Source: Psammoneis japonica (Eukaryota). From it: a stretch of 64,000 nt of DNA. A program made the position numbers and the translations under genes. Position 1 is the first letter of the stretch. Each line of letters opens with the position of its first letter. Below, one piece after another: positions 35,422-48,643 of the stretch. Location of the stretch: contig QPGO01000061.1 in NCBI GenBank assembly GCA_008632985.1, positions 248,001-312,000 on the forward strand, read 5' to 3'. The notes beneath the pieces are model-generated. The model was not told the DNA's origin. It did not search any database and was given only the letters and a program-made list of their open reading frames with translations.

Positions 35422-37503
35422 CTAAACGTAACTTGTCGATGTCTCATTGAACTCACACGCTGCACCGAAGTAAGGAGGAGCGCACTGACAGTACTCCGAA
35501 AACTGTTCGCACACACCACCGTTCAGACAACCAACGCCTGTGGTTTCGAGCTCCTCGCAAGGAATCGGACGCTCGCAAAGCACTCCATCATACCCTGGAG
35601 AACATTCGCACCGTTTGGTAGTTAGATTGCAGAACTCATTGTGCGGATCGTTGAAGCACGTGTGGTACTCCTTGTCGCAGTTGGAACACATGAGAGCCGA
35701 ATGAACAGGCTGGCTTTCGTCTGTCCGATCGAATTCACTGTCATCCAGTGAATTGCAAATCATCCGAAACCACTTGAGGCGTCGAGGCATTGGGGCATCT
35801 AATGGATCCCCATAGCTCACTCCCTGGGTCGCAAAGTACGGGGACATTTCACCCGATAGATAAGCATGGAATTCGTGGGTGAGGAAGTTGGCGAGATCCG
35901 ACAAGGAAAAGTCACCCGTCTCAAGTTCATCCTTTATTGCTACAAAATCAGCAACGTCTGCCATCACCCAACGCCGCCCAATGAAGAGAAGAAGGGTCAG
36001 CTTGGCCACGTGTTCCGCAGAAGTAGCATTTTCGAATATGTTTGCGACTCGACCGTAGTACGCGGGCTTGTGGTGAACTATAGCGAGTTCTCCCTCATCA
36101 TTTCGAAGGAGCCGAAAGGTTTTCGGTGCCACTCCACGCCCACCAAAGGTCGGAGGAAACTGCGCCTTGCGTGTATCGAGAACAAGTTCTTCGCATGGAT
36201 CGTCAAAATTGCAGTTCAATCCGAAGAAACCGTCTTTGCAGAAACATTTATTGTTTACACAAGTGCCTTGGTCGCTGTTGCAGGGATTGCCTCGAATCTT
36301 GCTGTCGCAATCATTGCACATCAACATGAAGGGATCGGCTCTACTTGGTAACCCAGTGATGCGATTCAACGTCAACCAGTTCGAACTCACTTCAGTCACG
36401 TCATAGGCGAGCGTCTTTGGTGACCGGGCTACCCACGTACCACAGGGGTTCCTCACATTCTTATCCTTCTCGTCGTGCCAGTAACTCAAGGTCCAAGCCT
36501 CTTGCGATCCACAGTAGGCAATCATGGCCCTACCGGTGCGTTGATCCACATAGCTTACCCTACCATTGAACTTGAGGTTGGTCCTCACGTACAAGCCCGA
36601 AAAGGTCATCATGATGGGTTGGAAATGATCTCCAAACTGGACGAGCACCGACTTGCAGAGAAACGTCCCCGACTGTTGTCGATACACAACAATCGCATAT
36701 CCAACCAAGAGGACAGACGTCAGCAAGATAAAGGCCGACCGTTTCATGGCATAGGTGCGAGGATGCTTGTTCGCCTTGACCTTGAGGTTTGCGACTTTGC
36801 CACATTCTTGTTGCAGTTTTGGCGTCACGAACCCACGTTTTGCCAAGGAAAAGGCAACATCATCAATATTGTAGATGAATTGCAGAGCTGCAAAGTTTAG
36901 AAATAGAGTAAGGACTCGTCGACTCTGCATTACAAGCAGCCAGATGACGACGAGCATACCAGCACCAACGACAAACTGCGTAGTGCACGAGAGCATCCAC
37001 TTGGTTCGCGAAGCATGCGGGTAATCTTGAGTCAGCGCCCTGTCATATCCCTGATTGAACATGACTATAGCATTGATGATGTCTTCTTGAGTCGCTACCG
37101 CCAAGATCAAGGCGAGACCTTGAGCGGCCGTAACCTGCGGTGTCACTCCGTAAGGAATCCGAATCTTGTTTTCAGGCGCCATCCAATCGATCAGATCGTA
37201 CAGATTCAAGACCACAAACGAGAGCTGGAAGCCAAAGAGAACCAATGCAAACGCAAACGAATGACTCCGGAAATTGGAAATAAAGAGCAGACTGTAACTG
37301 TCTTCTGTAAGAGCATCCACCATGTCGTCGTCATCTTCAACAAGCTTCTCCATTGCTTTTGCGCCGATGCTCAACGTCTCGTCCGAATCGGCGCTCTCGC
37401 TTAACCCTTGTCCTTCCTGCAGGTCAGTTTCTGAGCAGTACGCAGAGTCCATCTCCCGGGACATTCCATCGTCTGTTATCATGATGCTGTTTTCTTCCGC
37501 CAT
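35422..37503 (-). CDS. Multi-pass membrane protein with C-terminal EGF-like domains
   Basis: Intact long ORF with several hydrophobic helices (LFLNFAALQFIYNIDD) and EGF-like motifs CFCKDGFFGLNC, CECSPGYDGVLC and CQCAPPYFGAAC. Confidence 0.85.
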   Translation of the reverse strand: MAEENSIMITDDGMSREMDSAYCSETDLQEGQGLSESADSDETLSIGAKAMEKLVEDDDDMVDALTEDSYSLLFISNFRSHSFAFALVLFGFQLSFVVLNLYDLIDWMAPENKIRIPYGVTPQVTAAQGLALILAVATQEDIINAIVMFNQGYDRALTQDYPHASRTKWMLSCTTQFVVGAGMLVVIWLLVMQSRRVLTLFLNFAALQFIYNIDDVAFSLAKRGFVTPKLQQECGKVANLKVKANKHPRTYAMKRSAFILLTSVLLVGYAIVVYRQQSGTFLCKSVLVQFGDHFQPIMMTFSGLYVRTNLKFNGRVSYVDQRTGRAMIAYCGSQEAWTLSYWHDEKDKNVRNPCGTWVARSPKTLAYDVTEVSSNWLTLNRITGLPSRADPFMLMCNDCDSKIRGNPCNSDQGTCVNNKCFCKDGFFGLNCNFDDPCEELVLDTRKAQFPPTFGGRGVAPKTFRLLRNDEGELAIVHHKPAYYGRVANIFENATSAEHVAKLTLLLFIGRRWVMADVADFVAIKDELETGDFSLSDLANFLTHEFHAYLSGEMSPYFATQGVSYGDPLDAPMPRRLKWFRMICNSLDDSEFDRTDESQPVHSALMCSNCDKEYHTCFNDPHNEFCNLTTKRCECSPGYDGVLCERPIPCEELETTGVGCLNGGVCEQFSEYCQCAPPYFGAACEFNETSTSYV

Positions 37504-37869
37504 GGTGCTTCTTCCGTCGACATTTTTGGAATTTTGGCTTGTGAGCTTTGACACCTTTTCTGGCCGTTATTGTTTAGGAACACCTTGAACTTCGAACCTT
37601 GACACATCCACACGTGCCTACAGTACAGCAGGGGCCCTGCCATCATCCACTGCATTCCTTCCTGTGTAACTGCACACATGAAAATCTTTACAGAAACGCA
37701 CACATTTGCTCTGCGCGCATCGTGTCTCGAACGAGGACACAAGTCTACGACAAACATGCACTCTACTGCCTGTGAGCTCTCTAGCTCTAGAGAGTGGCAG
37801 CAGCTGGCAGAGAGTCGTCTCTAACTGCCAGCTAGTGCAGGCGTCCCCGCCCAGTGCAGTGGGGAGGAT

Positions 37870-40800
37870 GGCGCTGGTCTGTCTCTTTACAAACACCAAG
37901 GGATGGGAGCCAATTTTGCAACATGTTTTGGGCTGCCCAGCTGTTCTCTTTTGACAGACATGGGGGAGGCAGATCAAGTCAACACACCATGACCACACTT
38001 GGTCATGTTTTGAAAACAGAAAACTTGAGTTTCTTGAGTGGATTGTTTTTTTTTTTGTCACAAATGCAAGCCAGCCACAGGGGCTCTGGGAGTGAAGGCC
38101 AAGGCAAAAATGGAGCAGCACATGAGCAACATTGACGTGGACCATTCAAGGGCAAAGTTTCTTCTTTCCTTGCTCTGCCATGAGGGGCCACTTTGTGTTG
38201 ATGTGTTGGTGCATCATTTGGGGTCATCACCTGCAGCCCGTGGATGGCCATGGGACAAAAAGCATGCCCACATGAAAGACGAATTGCTGCACATTGCCAC
38301 AATCCACTCATTTTTTGTTCTCCTCTCCTGAGCCCTTTCAGGCATTCCTTTCCACAAAATTGCCCCAATTTTCTTGGTTTTTCCCAAAAAGGCAAGGTGA
38401 CAACTCCCCTTTGCCCTGGCCATTTTGGGAGTCCCAAAATGGGCAAAACCAAACTGAGCCAAAAATTCTGTCCTTTGTTCAATGTTCTCTTTTGCACCCC
38501 CCCAAGAGGTGTGCTGTGCAGCTCTGGGTGGGATCTCATGCTGCTGCTGCGCTGTGACATGAGAGTGTTTGGACTCACAAGCACACATTTCTGTGTGTGT
38601 TTTTCCACAGAATTGTTTCACGCTCCTTGCTTTGTGAAGCCAAAGGCATTTTGTTGTGGCCATTTGTTGTGAGAGCAACAGCTGGCTGACAAAGCAGAAA
38701 TGACATGACTCAAGTGTGGTGGAGTTTGCACATTTGCAAAATTGCCTCTGTTTCTGTTGGCAACAATTGACACATTCATCACCTGACAACTTCTTTGCTG
38801 CAGCAGATCTCATTTGCAGAATTCTGCAGACCCAGTGTCACATGCTGGTCCCACTCAGAGCTGGAACACACTGCTGCCATTTCTTGAGAAGAAGGGGTGT
38901 CACCTTCTTTGCAGAAGACATGGCAGGAGAAAAGCAAATTCTTAAAAAACCTCAAACTTCACCCTTTCCCCCCTTCTCCTGTTTCTTCTGTTGAGGCTGA
39001 AACAAACTCCTCTTCTTCGCCAGCTGGCAAAACAAGGGTGCTTCACACACTTTCCTCATCACTTGAGTTGAAGCACTCTGGTGCTGTTGTGCTTTCTCCT
39101 TGCAACCTGAATGAGCCACTTTGTGCAATCATCAACAATGTTGTTCCATCTCCTTGTGTTGGGAAATTGGGGTGAGAGGCAGTTTTTGCAGGACAGGTGG
39201 ACAATGTTGCAGTGTGAGACACACTGACAACTGTGGTCAATGTGGTGAATTTGCACTCTTGACTCGGGTCAAGTTGTGGGTCTTGTGCTCACTTTCAGCT
39301 TCTGCACCTGCATCAGAGGCAGCAATGCTGCAGTGGTCTCCACTTTCCTTTGTAAAATTTTTAATGTGCGTTGCCAAAATTGTTGACAAGCAGAATTGAA
39401 AAATTGCCAGCAAAAGTGCTCCACAAAATGAAGCTGTTTCTTGCATTTCATCTGATGTCTCATTGACTTTTCTTGCACAAGCTTCAATCAAATGCATGTG
39501 ATGTTGAATTTGATTGGGATCAAAATCCATTTTTTGTGATGCATGGTTGGGTTTCCTTTTGATCACAATCAATTTGAACTTGGTTTTAACTTTGTCCTCC
39601 TCACTCACGTGCGTGTGTCTTTTTGCATGTGTGCAGTTTGCAGCACTTCACGCACGCATGTGACCCACCTTCATTTTTCTTCATGTTTCCCAGATTTGTG
39701 CAGCCCGTTGGTCCATGGCATTTTCAGTGTGTGCCCCACATGCACAATTTTCTGCACACTTCACAACAGCGCACCCTCTCCCCAAAGTTTGAAAAATGAG
39801 AGTGTGTGCTGTTGTGATTCACGCGGATCCCACGTGTGGTCGCAAATCTGCAAATCGACAACCGGCCATGGCAGTGAAAGACTTCACCCCATTGGCCGAT
39901 GACAGCAGCTCAACACATGGTGAAACCTGCCATCCTTCTGGTTGGTCAAGATGGGGTTTTATTCGGGTGCAGCTTGAATTTCATGATCGTGAGTGTGCTG
40001 TCACGAATCTGCCACATCCAGAATGCTGAGCTCTGGCGTGTTGTTTTGTGCTGTGTGCATGCACATCACAAACTTGCTTTTCTGCAGCATTGGCACAATC
40101 GCGCATGTCAGAGTTTTGCACCCAGAATCATCACAAGTTGCCACAAATTGCACTGTTCAAACAAGGCATGCACAAAAAGAGGTTCATTGGTTTTTGATGC
40201 ATTCGCTGACAACATGTCCATCTTCTCCAATTTCCATGTCCAGATCCAGAAAGACTGCAGGCGGCACTTGTTCCTGCAGCTCTCAGAATCACCGCATGAA
40301 AAGTTCTTTGCCACATGTGACACTCTTCAAAAAAGGCATGTGCAAAAAGAGCTTCATTTGTTTTTGATGTGTTCACTTACATTGCACCCGTCTTCTCCAA
40401 TTTCTACATCCAGATCCAGAAAGACTGCAGAGGCAGAGAGTGGGGAGGCAACCCATTGGAGGTTGCCTGAGTTGTTGGGCTCATTTTAAAAGGCTTCCCA
40501 AGTCTCTCTGCTGTTTGTGGTCAAGAGCAGGGGGGTCGACTGCAACAACCGCAGCAGCTGCCAATTCCATGTCGATGGGTCAGGAACCGGCAGCAGAAGC
40601 TCCCGAATCGGCGGTGGCGGATGCACCTGTGAGTCTACATTGCGGTTTCAATTGGTTGCTGTTGTTGTCCTGCACACTCTCACAAAGCATTTTGCATTTG
40701 TTTGCAATGAATGAGGTGGATCAGAGCAATGTCACTTCACCTGGTCCAGAATCAGCTTTGTGGGGTTGGGAACCGGCAGCAGAAGCAACCAAATCTGCCA

Positions 40801-42940
40801 CGGTGGATGCACCAGCAAGTCTACATTGCGGTTTCAATTGGTTGCTGTTGTTGCCCTGTGCACTCTCACAAAGTGTTTTGCACTTCTTTGCAATGAACAA
40901 GGTGGATCAGAGCAGCGCTGCTTCACCTGGTCCAGAATCAGCTTCGTGGGGTCGGGAACCGGCGGCAGAAGTGACCAAATCTGCCACGGCGGATGCACCA
41001 GCAAGTCCACATTGCAGTTTCAATTGGTTGCTGTTGTTGTCCCATGCACTCTCACAAAGCATTTTTCACTTCTTTGCAATGATTTGCCATTGTGAACAGA
41101 GTGTGGCTCATTCAAAGGCATTGCATTTGGGTTGCTTGCTGTGTCTCAGTGTCAAGATTGCACTCTCAACTGCATTGATTTCTTGCATGGACAGCTCTTC
41201 TTCTTTTTTTTGGGTTTGAGAAGGTTGTGTCAGGGGAGGAGCGGCATTGGGTTGTGTCGTGTTTTGATTGCCAGCAGCATTGGCTGGGGGTTGCGTGCCA
41301 TGGTTTTTGGCTGCTCGGCTGCTTGGGTTGCTTCTGTGGCAGTGGAGCTTGCCTCTGCTTGCTCTTTTTGGGTGAGGGCATGCAGGCATCTTCTTCAAGG
41401 TGGAGTTGCCTTTTCACTTCCTTTGTTGCGACATGTTTGTGCATGCCAAGGCAGATGCAGAAGATCTTGAAGGACACCACGTTCTCCAGGCAATGCATGA
41501 GCCCACATCCTGCAAGGCGACAATGGGTCATTTTCGTCATGCCTTTTCCTTGCTCCATGTGGCAGTGCAAGTGGATTTCAAAGAGGTCCAAGCTTGCACT
41601 TACAAAGGCAGTGGTGCGTGCTCCTCTTTTGCTGCAGTGAGCTCTGGCTCCACCATTTTGTGCATCAGATTTGCACCTTTCTCTTGGAATTCAGTCATTG
41701 CCTCTTTGAATTCATTGACAAGCCTTTGTCTCTGTCTGCATCAAGCGCAAACAACAAAACAGAACGCATGCAACACAAATGATTTTAAGTTGCAGGTTTT
41801 GCAGCAGGAATGGAGGGTGGGCACTCTCACAGGGAAAATGGTTGGCTGTTTCACAGTGAATGGTGTTGCCTCACAGGACAGTGGTGGGCTCCACAGCAAT
41901 GAAGTTTGTCTTTCACAGTTAACAAATTGTCACCACGTGCACAACCAATGAGGTTTGAAACCACAAAATTTTTAACTGTGACAGATTAAAAAGTTCGCCA
42001 TGAGAAAGTCAGTCTGCTCACTGTGTTGCATGCTCTGATGTGGTTGAAACATGATGACAGTGGTTCACAGCATTGAGAATGCATTTGTGGCAAGCCACAT
42101 GGCAAGTTTGGGGTTGCAAGTTTTGCACAGAAGGAAAAACACAGATCAAGTGCTGGAAATGCAAGAGGTTGGGTGCGTGAAAAGCGCTGTCCTTTGCTCA
42201 ACATGATGACAATGATCACTCGTTGGTGGAGTCAGACAATGCTGGCCTGAGGAACAAGTGGAGCAGTTGAAGTGGCACTGAACAGCATGGTTTCCAAGTG
42301 TTGTTCTCCTGTGCTTCATGCACGTGAGGCTGATCAATTGACGGCTTGTGCTGAGTGCGAAGGAGAGCGTGTTGGGGGAGTTGGGACAATGGCATCAGGA
42401 AAGTGTTTGCAAGCCACATGGTGAGTTTGGGGTTGGTGAGACTAAGTGTGTGTCAGTTGGTGAGCCATGAAAATCTGACACTCATGATGATTTCTTGCTG
42501 AAAAGTGGCAGACAGAAAAAACTTTTTGAAAGATTGTGTGTGCGCCAACAAGTGCAGCCGCCCTGTGCCATGCTGCACAGGAGTGTGTCTTTTCCCAGAT
42601 TTCAAGCTCATGCTCTGCTTTTGCAAGAAAGCACATCAAATGAATTGATTGAGAGTAGACTGACAAAAAGGGTCAACATGGCCTCCTGAAAAAGTGGCTG
42701 CAACCATCTCAGTCACGCGCTGTGTGTGTCGACAGAGGACTTGTTTCCCGCCTGAGCTGGGAGGGGATCTGATGGGAGAAACACACTGCTTTCTGCTGCT
42801 ACTACCTCAGAGAAAGTTGGCAACAATGGCGTCCATGATGACATGCACCAGGAACAACATCAAGATCGTTTCGAACGGACAGCCCTTTCTCTGGATTGAC
42901 ATCGTGTTGATGACTTTTTTGAAAATTTGCCTCTTCATGA
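37870..42940. repeat. Degenerate TpA/CpG-depleted block
   Basis: Near absence of TA, with internal tandem duplications. Confidence 0.6.
40577..41081 (+). repeat. 186-bp tandem repeat, ~2.7 copies
   Basis: Units start at 40577, 40763 and 40949 (GGGT..GGAACCGGC.GCAGAAG). Confidence 0.9.
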
Positions 42941-43227
42941 GGTCCGGGTAGCTGAATACATTCATAACTTATTTAGTAGTTCATTATCGGATAAACAACA
43001 TAAATGGGCAATTGCCGTTGAAAATCAAATCTTGCGTGGTGTGACTTCGATGCGATGGGTGTTTACTTCTACCGGTAGCTAGCTACCGGTAGCTAGTTCA
43101 GCACGGACACCCCGTAAAAAGTAAGAGCCGCCGTTGTTGATAGCACAGCAACCCAGTTATTGCTTCCGCGACTTCGTTACGACCAACAACCTGCTCTCTA
43201 TCATATCTTATTTGGATTGTCAAAATC

Positions 43228-44252
43228 ATGCCTAACTGCAATGGAGAAGGGTGTGGCATTGCATGCCGGTAAGAAATTGTGTGCTGAAGGTAACCTTTTC
43301 CATCACCGCTCACCGCTCCACTTTCTGCGCCTCACATTTCTGTCAATTTTCTTTCTTGCAGTTTCATCCTTTTCTTTCTCGGTTTCGTTGGTCTAATCTT
43401 TACGATTGGATCTCTTTTGTCTTGTGAATTCTACAAGTTCGAAAACGACCTTGGTGGTTGGATCCCAGGCCAGTCCGGAGAGGGCACGATTGGTTTGTTT
43501 CGTGCCGAGATTGAAAACGGCGAGTGCCAGACGTATCCGGACGGAGCGGACTTTGACGGATGGATGGTTGGAGCACGAGCCACGGGTCTTGTGGCTGGTA
43601 TTCTCAGCATCATTGCCTTGTGCTTTTTGGTGTTTGAATGTGTTTGTTGCAAAGTCTGCGGAAGCAAGATTTGCCTCAATCTCATGTTGGGATGTGCCTT
43701 TGTGAGCCAGGCTTGTACCTTTTTGGTTTGGGGAACGGAAGACTTCTGGTGAGTCCTTGTTGATAGTGAAAACGTTGCTTTGCTGTCTCACATGCATCTT
43801 GCGAATACAAATGAAAGATAGAAACGATTGATTTGGCTGGAACTCTGTCGCTACCGAAATTGCTATTTCACCCATCCTCACTCTTACACCCATTCACTTA
43901 CTTTTCTTTCAAAAACAGCGGATCTGGCGGCACAAATTGCTCTATTGGAAACGGTGCAATCTTTTCTATTGTAGCCTTGTCCATGTACTTGATTTCTTCT
44001 TGTGTCGTTTGCTGCGCACCCAAACCGGAACCCCTCATAAAGGGTTGCTGCAAGAAGAAGGAAAAGAAAGAGACCGATAATGCCTATGGTGCAAACGAAG
44101 AAGAACCCAAAAAGGAACCCGAACAAGTAGAACCCGAAAAGGAAGAACCCGCGAGGGTAGAACCCGAGCCCGCTCCGGTTCAACAAGAGCCGCCGCTTGA
44201 TCCAGATGCCGGTCCGGCCGAGGAAGGAGTCGAAATCGATCATTTGCTTTAG
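43228..44252 (+). CDS. Four-TM (claudin-like topology) membrane protein with acidic Pro-rich tail; 3 exons
   Basis: Exons 43228-43268, 43362-43748 and 43919-44252 join in frame through GT-AG introns. IGLF motif and Cys-rich TM ends. Confidence 0.8.
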
Positions 44253-44989
44253 AGCGATAGTCGATCGGCGAGAAGGAGCCCATGATGCAAAAGCTATGCA
44301 AGTTGTATGTTTGATGTGTGGTTAAAAAAACGAAATAGGGGGAGTGACATGTTAGACTGTAGCATTGAGGAATTATCTTGATATAATAGATAGACGTGGT
44401 TGGTGTGACGTGGAGTTGCTTGCCTTACATGTGTAGCGTTTAGAATTTAGTGAAGGGAATTGTGTATGCGTATCATGGACTCATCGGAGTGTATGGTACA
44501 CTACAACAAGCAATGTAAGATATTGTATGGTGTCGCTATACCGCGCAGGACTTACAGGACATGCCACTTTTAGCTTTGGCTGCAAAGTCACCGCAAAAAC
44601 TCGTTCAAACTAAAAATGTGCATTGTAACTTCTCAGGAAATGCATTGAAACCTCATCCCATCAGGTGTATTTTTCGTCGCCATGAACCATGAGACATGAG
44701 ACTACGGTAGACGCTACTCTAGCACTGTAGCTACTCTCTCCTCTCTCTCTCTCTAGCTCTAGCTACTTCTACTCTCTCCAGATAGACGTACGCTACGCGG
44801 ACGAAATAAACTGCATTGCATGTCCGTCTGGCCGTTGACACCTTGAACACGACTGAAATATCTTTGGGTGGCGTTCAAGACCCAACCGCGCACCCGCGCA
44901 CTGGTATCTTTGGGCCTCACATTTTTCATGCGTGTTCGCAACGACGTGCTTCTCATTTTTTTATCTCGATTGATTTCGATTCGTGCACC

Positions 44990-46892
44990 ATGACGATGAC
45001 GAGTCGTTTCTTGTTTCACTCACGCACGTCTGCATTCGTAAAGAAAAGCGTCAGCCACCGTTGCTTGTCTTCTTCCATTCTTCCTTCATGGGCCACGGTA
45101 GATCCAACGTCCTTGGGAGAAACGAGCACTCCGTATGCGGTTCAAAATTTAGTGGATGGACATTGGGTGTCTGACTCCAAGACCTTGTCGATTCCTCATC
45201 CCACCAATAAAGCAAGCATGATATTTTTACCATCCCCGACACGTCGGCGGATGAATTGGGACCGTATTACGAATCGTTGCGCAAAGTACCAAAGTCGGGT
45301 ATGCACAATCCACTCAAAAACAACGAGCGGTATTTGGAATACGGGGAAATAACAAGAAAGGTGTGTTTGTGTGTGTGTGTTTTGTTTGTTTGTTTATACT
45401 GTGATTGAAATTAGATTTACTTCAAAAGTACTTACCTCACGGCTTACTTTATCCTATTATTCGATACATAGGCCGGAAACGCCTTGGCTCAACCCGATGT
45501 GGCGGAATTCTTTACGCAATGCATTCAGGCTTGTGTTCCCAAATCGCACGCACAAGCCATGGGTGAAGTCAAGGTGACGGCTGCCTTTTTGCACAATTTT
45601 GCGGGTGACAATGTCCGGCGTCTAGCCAAGTCGTTTGGAGTGCCTGGAGATCATTATGGTGAGTGTATATAGTGTTTGAAAAAAGAGTGAACGTGTTTGT
45701 ACATTATTTTTAGATTTTGTGCGTTCTGACCCAGGCCATGCCACAATTAATTTGCCTCAACTATCTTTCTTTTCATATTCATTCTGTAGGTCAATTCACA
45801 ACCGGTCACCGTTGGCCATATGGTCCGGTTGCCATTGTTACTCCCTTTAACTTTCCTTTAGAAATTCCAGTCTTACAGCTCATGGGTGCCTTGTACATGG
45901 GCAACAAACCCGTGTTGAAGCCCAGTGAACCGGTCGCCTTGGTGATGGAACAATACTTGCACTTGTTGCACGATTGTGGCATGGACATGGCCGATGTGGA
46001 TTTTCTCAATGGCAAGGGACCGGTCGCACAAGATCTCATTGTCAAGACACCGGTTCGGTTGACGCAATTTACCGGTTCCTCTCGTGTCGGTGAAATCTTG
46101 TCACAGGCAACACACGGCAAGGTCAAGGTGGAGGATGCCGGCTTTGATTGGAAAATATTGGGTCCGGATGTACAAGAAATGGATTATGTCGCATGGCAGT
46201 GTGATCAAGATGCCTATGCCACCACGGGACAAAAGTGTTCGGCGCAGAGTATTCTGTTTGTCCATGACAATTGGGAAAAGGAGGGATTGCTCGATTTGTT
46301 AAAGGCCAATGCTTCCAAGCGGCGTTTGAGTGATTTGACGGTGGGACCCGTCATGACGCATACAACCGAAAACATTCTCAATCACGTCCAGCAATTGTTG
46401 GAAATTCCCGGATCCAAACTCTTGTTTGGAGGCAAGGAATTAAATGACCACAGAATTCCATCCAAGTACGGCGCAGTGGAACCCACCGCGGTATACGTTC
46501 CTCTTGATGCCATGTTGGAAAACGACGAGTATTTCAAACTGGCCACGACAGAACTCTTTGCTCCCTTTCAAGTCATCACCACGTACAGCGACGAATCCAA
46601 AGTGCTGGATGCCTGTGAACGCATGTCCCATCACTTGACGGCGGCCGTCGTGTCGTCGGATGTGGAGTTTCAAACGAAAATCTTGGCCAATACCGTCAAT
46701 GGAACAACCTATACCGGACGACGTGCTCGTACCACGGGTGCGCCACAGAATCATTGGTTTGGACCCGCCGGAGACCCGCGTGGTGCCGGAATTGGTACAC
46801 CCGAAGCGATTCAATACGTTTGGAGCTGTCATCGTGAAATCATCAATGACGATGTGGTGCCTGTTGATTGGGTTCAACCAAAGGCAACATAA
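44990..46892 (+). CDS. P5CDH: Delta-1-pyrroline-5-carboxylate dehydrogenase (ALDH12 family), mitochondrial
   Basis: RWPYGPVAIVTPFNFPLEIP, FTGSS, EDAGFDWKILGPD, GQKCSAQS and TTGAPQNHWFGP. Exons 44990-45360, 45472-45658 and 45790-46892. One missing base in an A-run near 45210. Confidence 0.93.
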
Positions 46893-47231
46893 GAAAGTGT
46901 GGAACATGTTGCGAGACGATTTTTGTAGTAGCAGGCAGTGATTATTTGCGATGCGCAGTAGTTTAGTTTTTCGTAAGCTCTTCATAATAACCTTACTAGA
47001 GAATATTAGAATAGGACGACCACGATGACAAAGCGCTAGCTCTCTACTATTAGCTAGCTAGCTACTATGATAGAGTAGAGCCAGCCGTAGTAGATAGTAA
47101 TAGCATCAGGAGGTGTGTCGTGTGCGCGTTTTCGACGATGAGGTGCGCGGCCTTCTGGTTGCTGCATATTGCTCTGTGGCTTGCTGTTACTGCTGTTACT
47201 CGTATTGTTGTTGTTGCTACAAAAGGAAAGC

Positions 47232-48002
47232 ATGAACGAGGTTGCTGCACTGGTCAGAAAAGCGATTGCATGGAGATTCTCCATAGCATGTCTTGTCGCG
47301 TTTGTTCTTTTGGTTCAATTCAATGCCTGCAGTCTAGATCGCATCAGAAATTCCAATAAGAAAGTAACAGCAAAAGTCATACCCAGAGGCGTTGTATCCA
47401 ATGCATTGCAAGAAGAGAAAAAGGCGCAAGATTTTCCTCGTAAAAATTGGATCAATGTTTTGAATCGAGCATCACTCCGCCGCGGAGCCGAAGTGGGAGT
47501 CTGGAAGGGTGAATTTTCGGAACTCGTACTCAAGGGCTGTCCGTCGATTACGGAATACATGTTGGTCGATCCGTGGGCACATTTGGATGATTGGAACAAA
47601 CCCTTTAATGTCGAGCAAAAGGAATTTGACAGCATTTACGATTTGGCCATGATTCGGACCAAGAACCATCCACAACACGGAAGCAAGGTGACGGTGCTGC
47701 GGGGACGATCGCGACAAGTGGCTCCTCGCGTCGAGGACGAATCGCTCGATTTTGTGTACATTGATGGCGATCATACCCTCAAGGGGGCTGTGATTGACAT
47801 GACCTTGTGGTATCCCAAAGTCAAGGTGGGTGGATTGGTTTTTGGAGATGATTTTGCAGAGGAAGAAACGGAAAAGACACAGGATACGCCAACCATGGTA
47901 AAGCCCGTGGTTCTTGCTTTTGCAGAAGCAGTTGGTGCTACTGTGTTTGACATGGGAGGACGACAGTGGGGTTTTGAAAAGCCACCCCCCTTTGGCAAGT
48001 GA
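47232..48002 (+). CDS. Class I SAM-dependent methyltransferase (Methyltransf_24-like) with N-terminal anchor
   Basis: GAEVGVWKG, LVDPW, LDFVYIDGDH and KVGGLVFGDDF motifs. Start codon uncertain. Confidence 0.85.
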   Translation: MNEVAALVRKAIAWRFSIACLVAFVLLVQFNACSLDRIRNSNKKVTAKVIPRGVVSNALQEEKKAQDFPRKNWINVLNRASLRRGAEVGVWKGEFSELVLKGCPSITEYMLVDPWAHLDDWNKPFNVEQKEFDSIYDLAMIRTKNHPQHGSKVTVLRGRSRQVAPRVEDESLDFVYIDGDHTLKGAVIDMTLWYPKVKVGGLVFGDDFAEEETEKTQDTPTMVKPVVLAFAEAVGATVFDMGGRQWGFEKPPPFGK

Positions 48003-48643
48003 TTAGAGTAACCAAACAACAAACAAACACGACCAAGTATAAAGTCTAGATCAACAATGGCATACAGTTGAATCTGCAGTAGCATTATGGAGGTCATGGC
48101 GTTAACAAACACCAACGGAAGCAAATATCCACCAACTTTAACTTGATGAAAAGAAGGGAGTATGTGGGGGCGGTTAATACATATTGAGTTCAATTAAGGT
48201 TGAGCACGGAGGGCACAGTAGTGGATCTCAGAGCTGCAAGACTGTACAGACGAGAAGGCCGCTCGCCGCATCCTGTCCAAAGTGCCTGCCTTTAAGGTTC
48301 AGATTGGTCAGTTTGAAGTGGAACTGCAATGTACAGAATGGGAATCAGTGGATGATTTTGAGTTTCAAAAGTGAAAATGACCTGGCTGTCGTATTGGAAG
48401 GCTTGCGTTGGCGTTGAGCGAGAGAGTGAGCAAGCCTCTGCTTTGGAGCACGGTTCCCAGTGCTTGTGGATGTCACGGCTTCTCAGACTCCTTACTGGTT
48501 AGCAGATAACTTCTGTGGTAGATTCATACATTCAATCCCTCGTTCGTACTGCATGTGAAGGAATGTAGTTTGGTAGCCCATGTGTTTAAGTCCTACAGGT
48601 AACCTCAAAGAAAAAAGGACGGACTACCTTATAAGGTGTGAAA

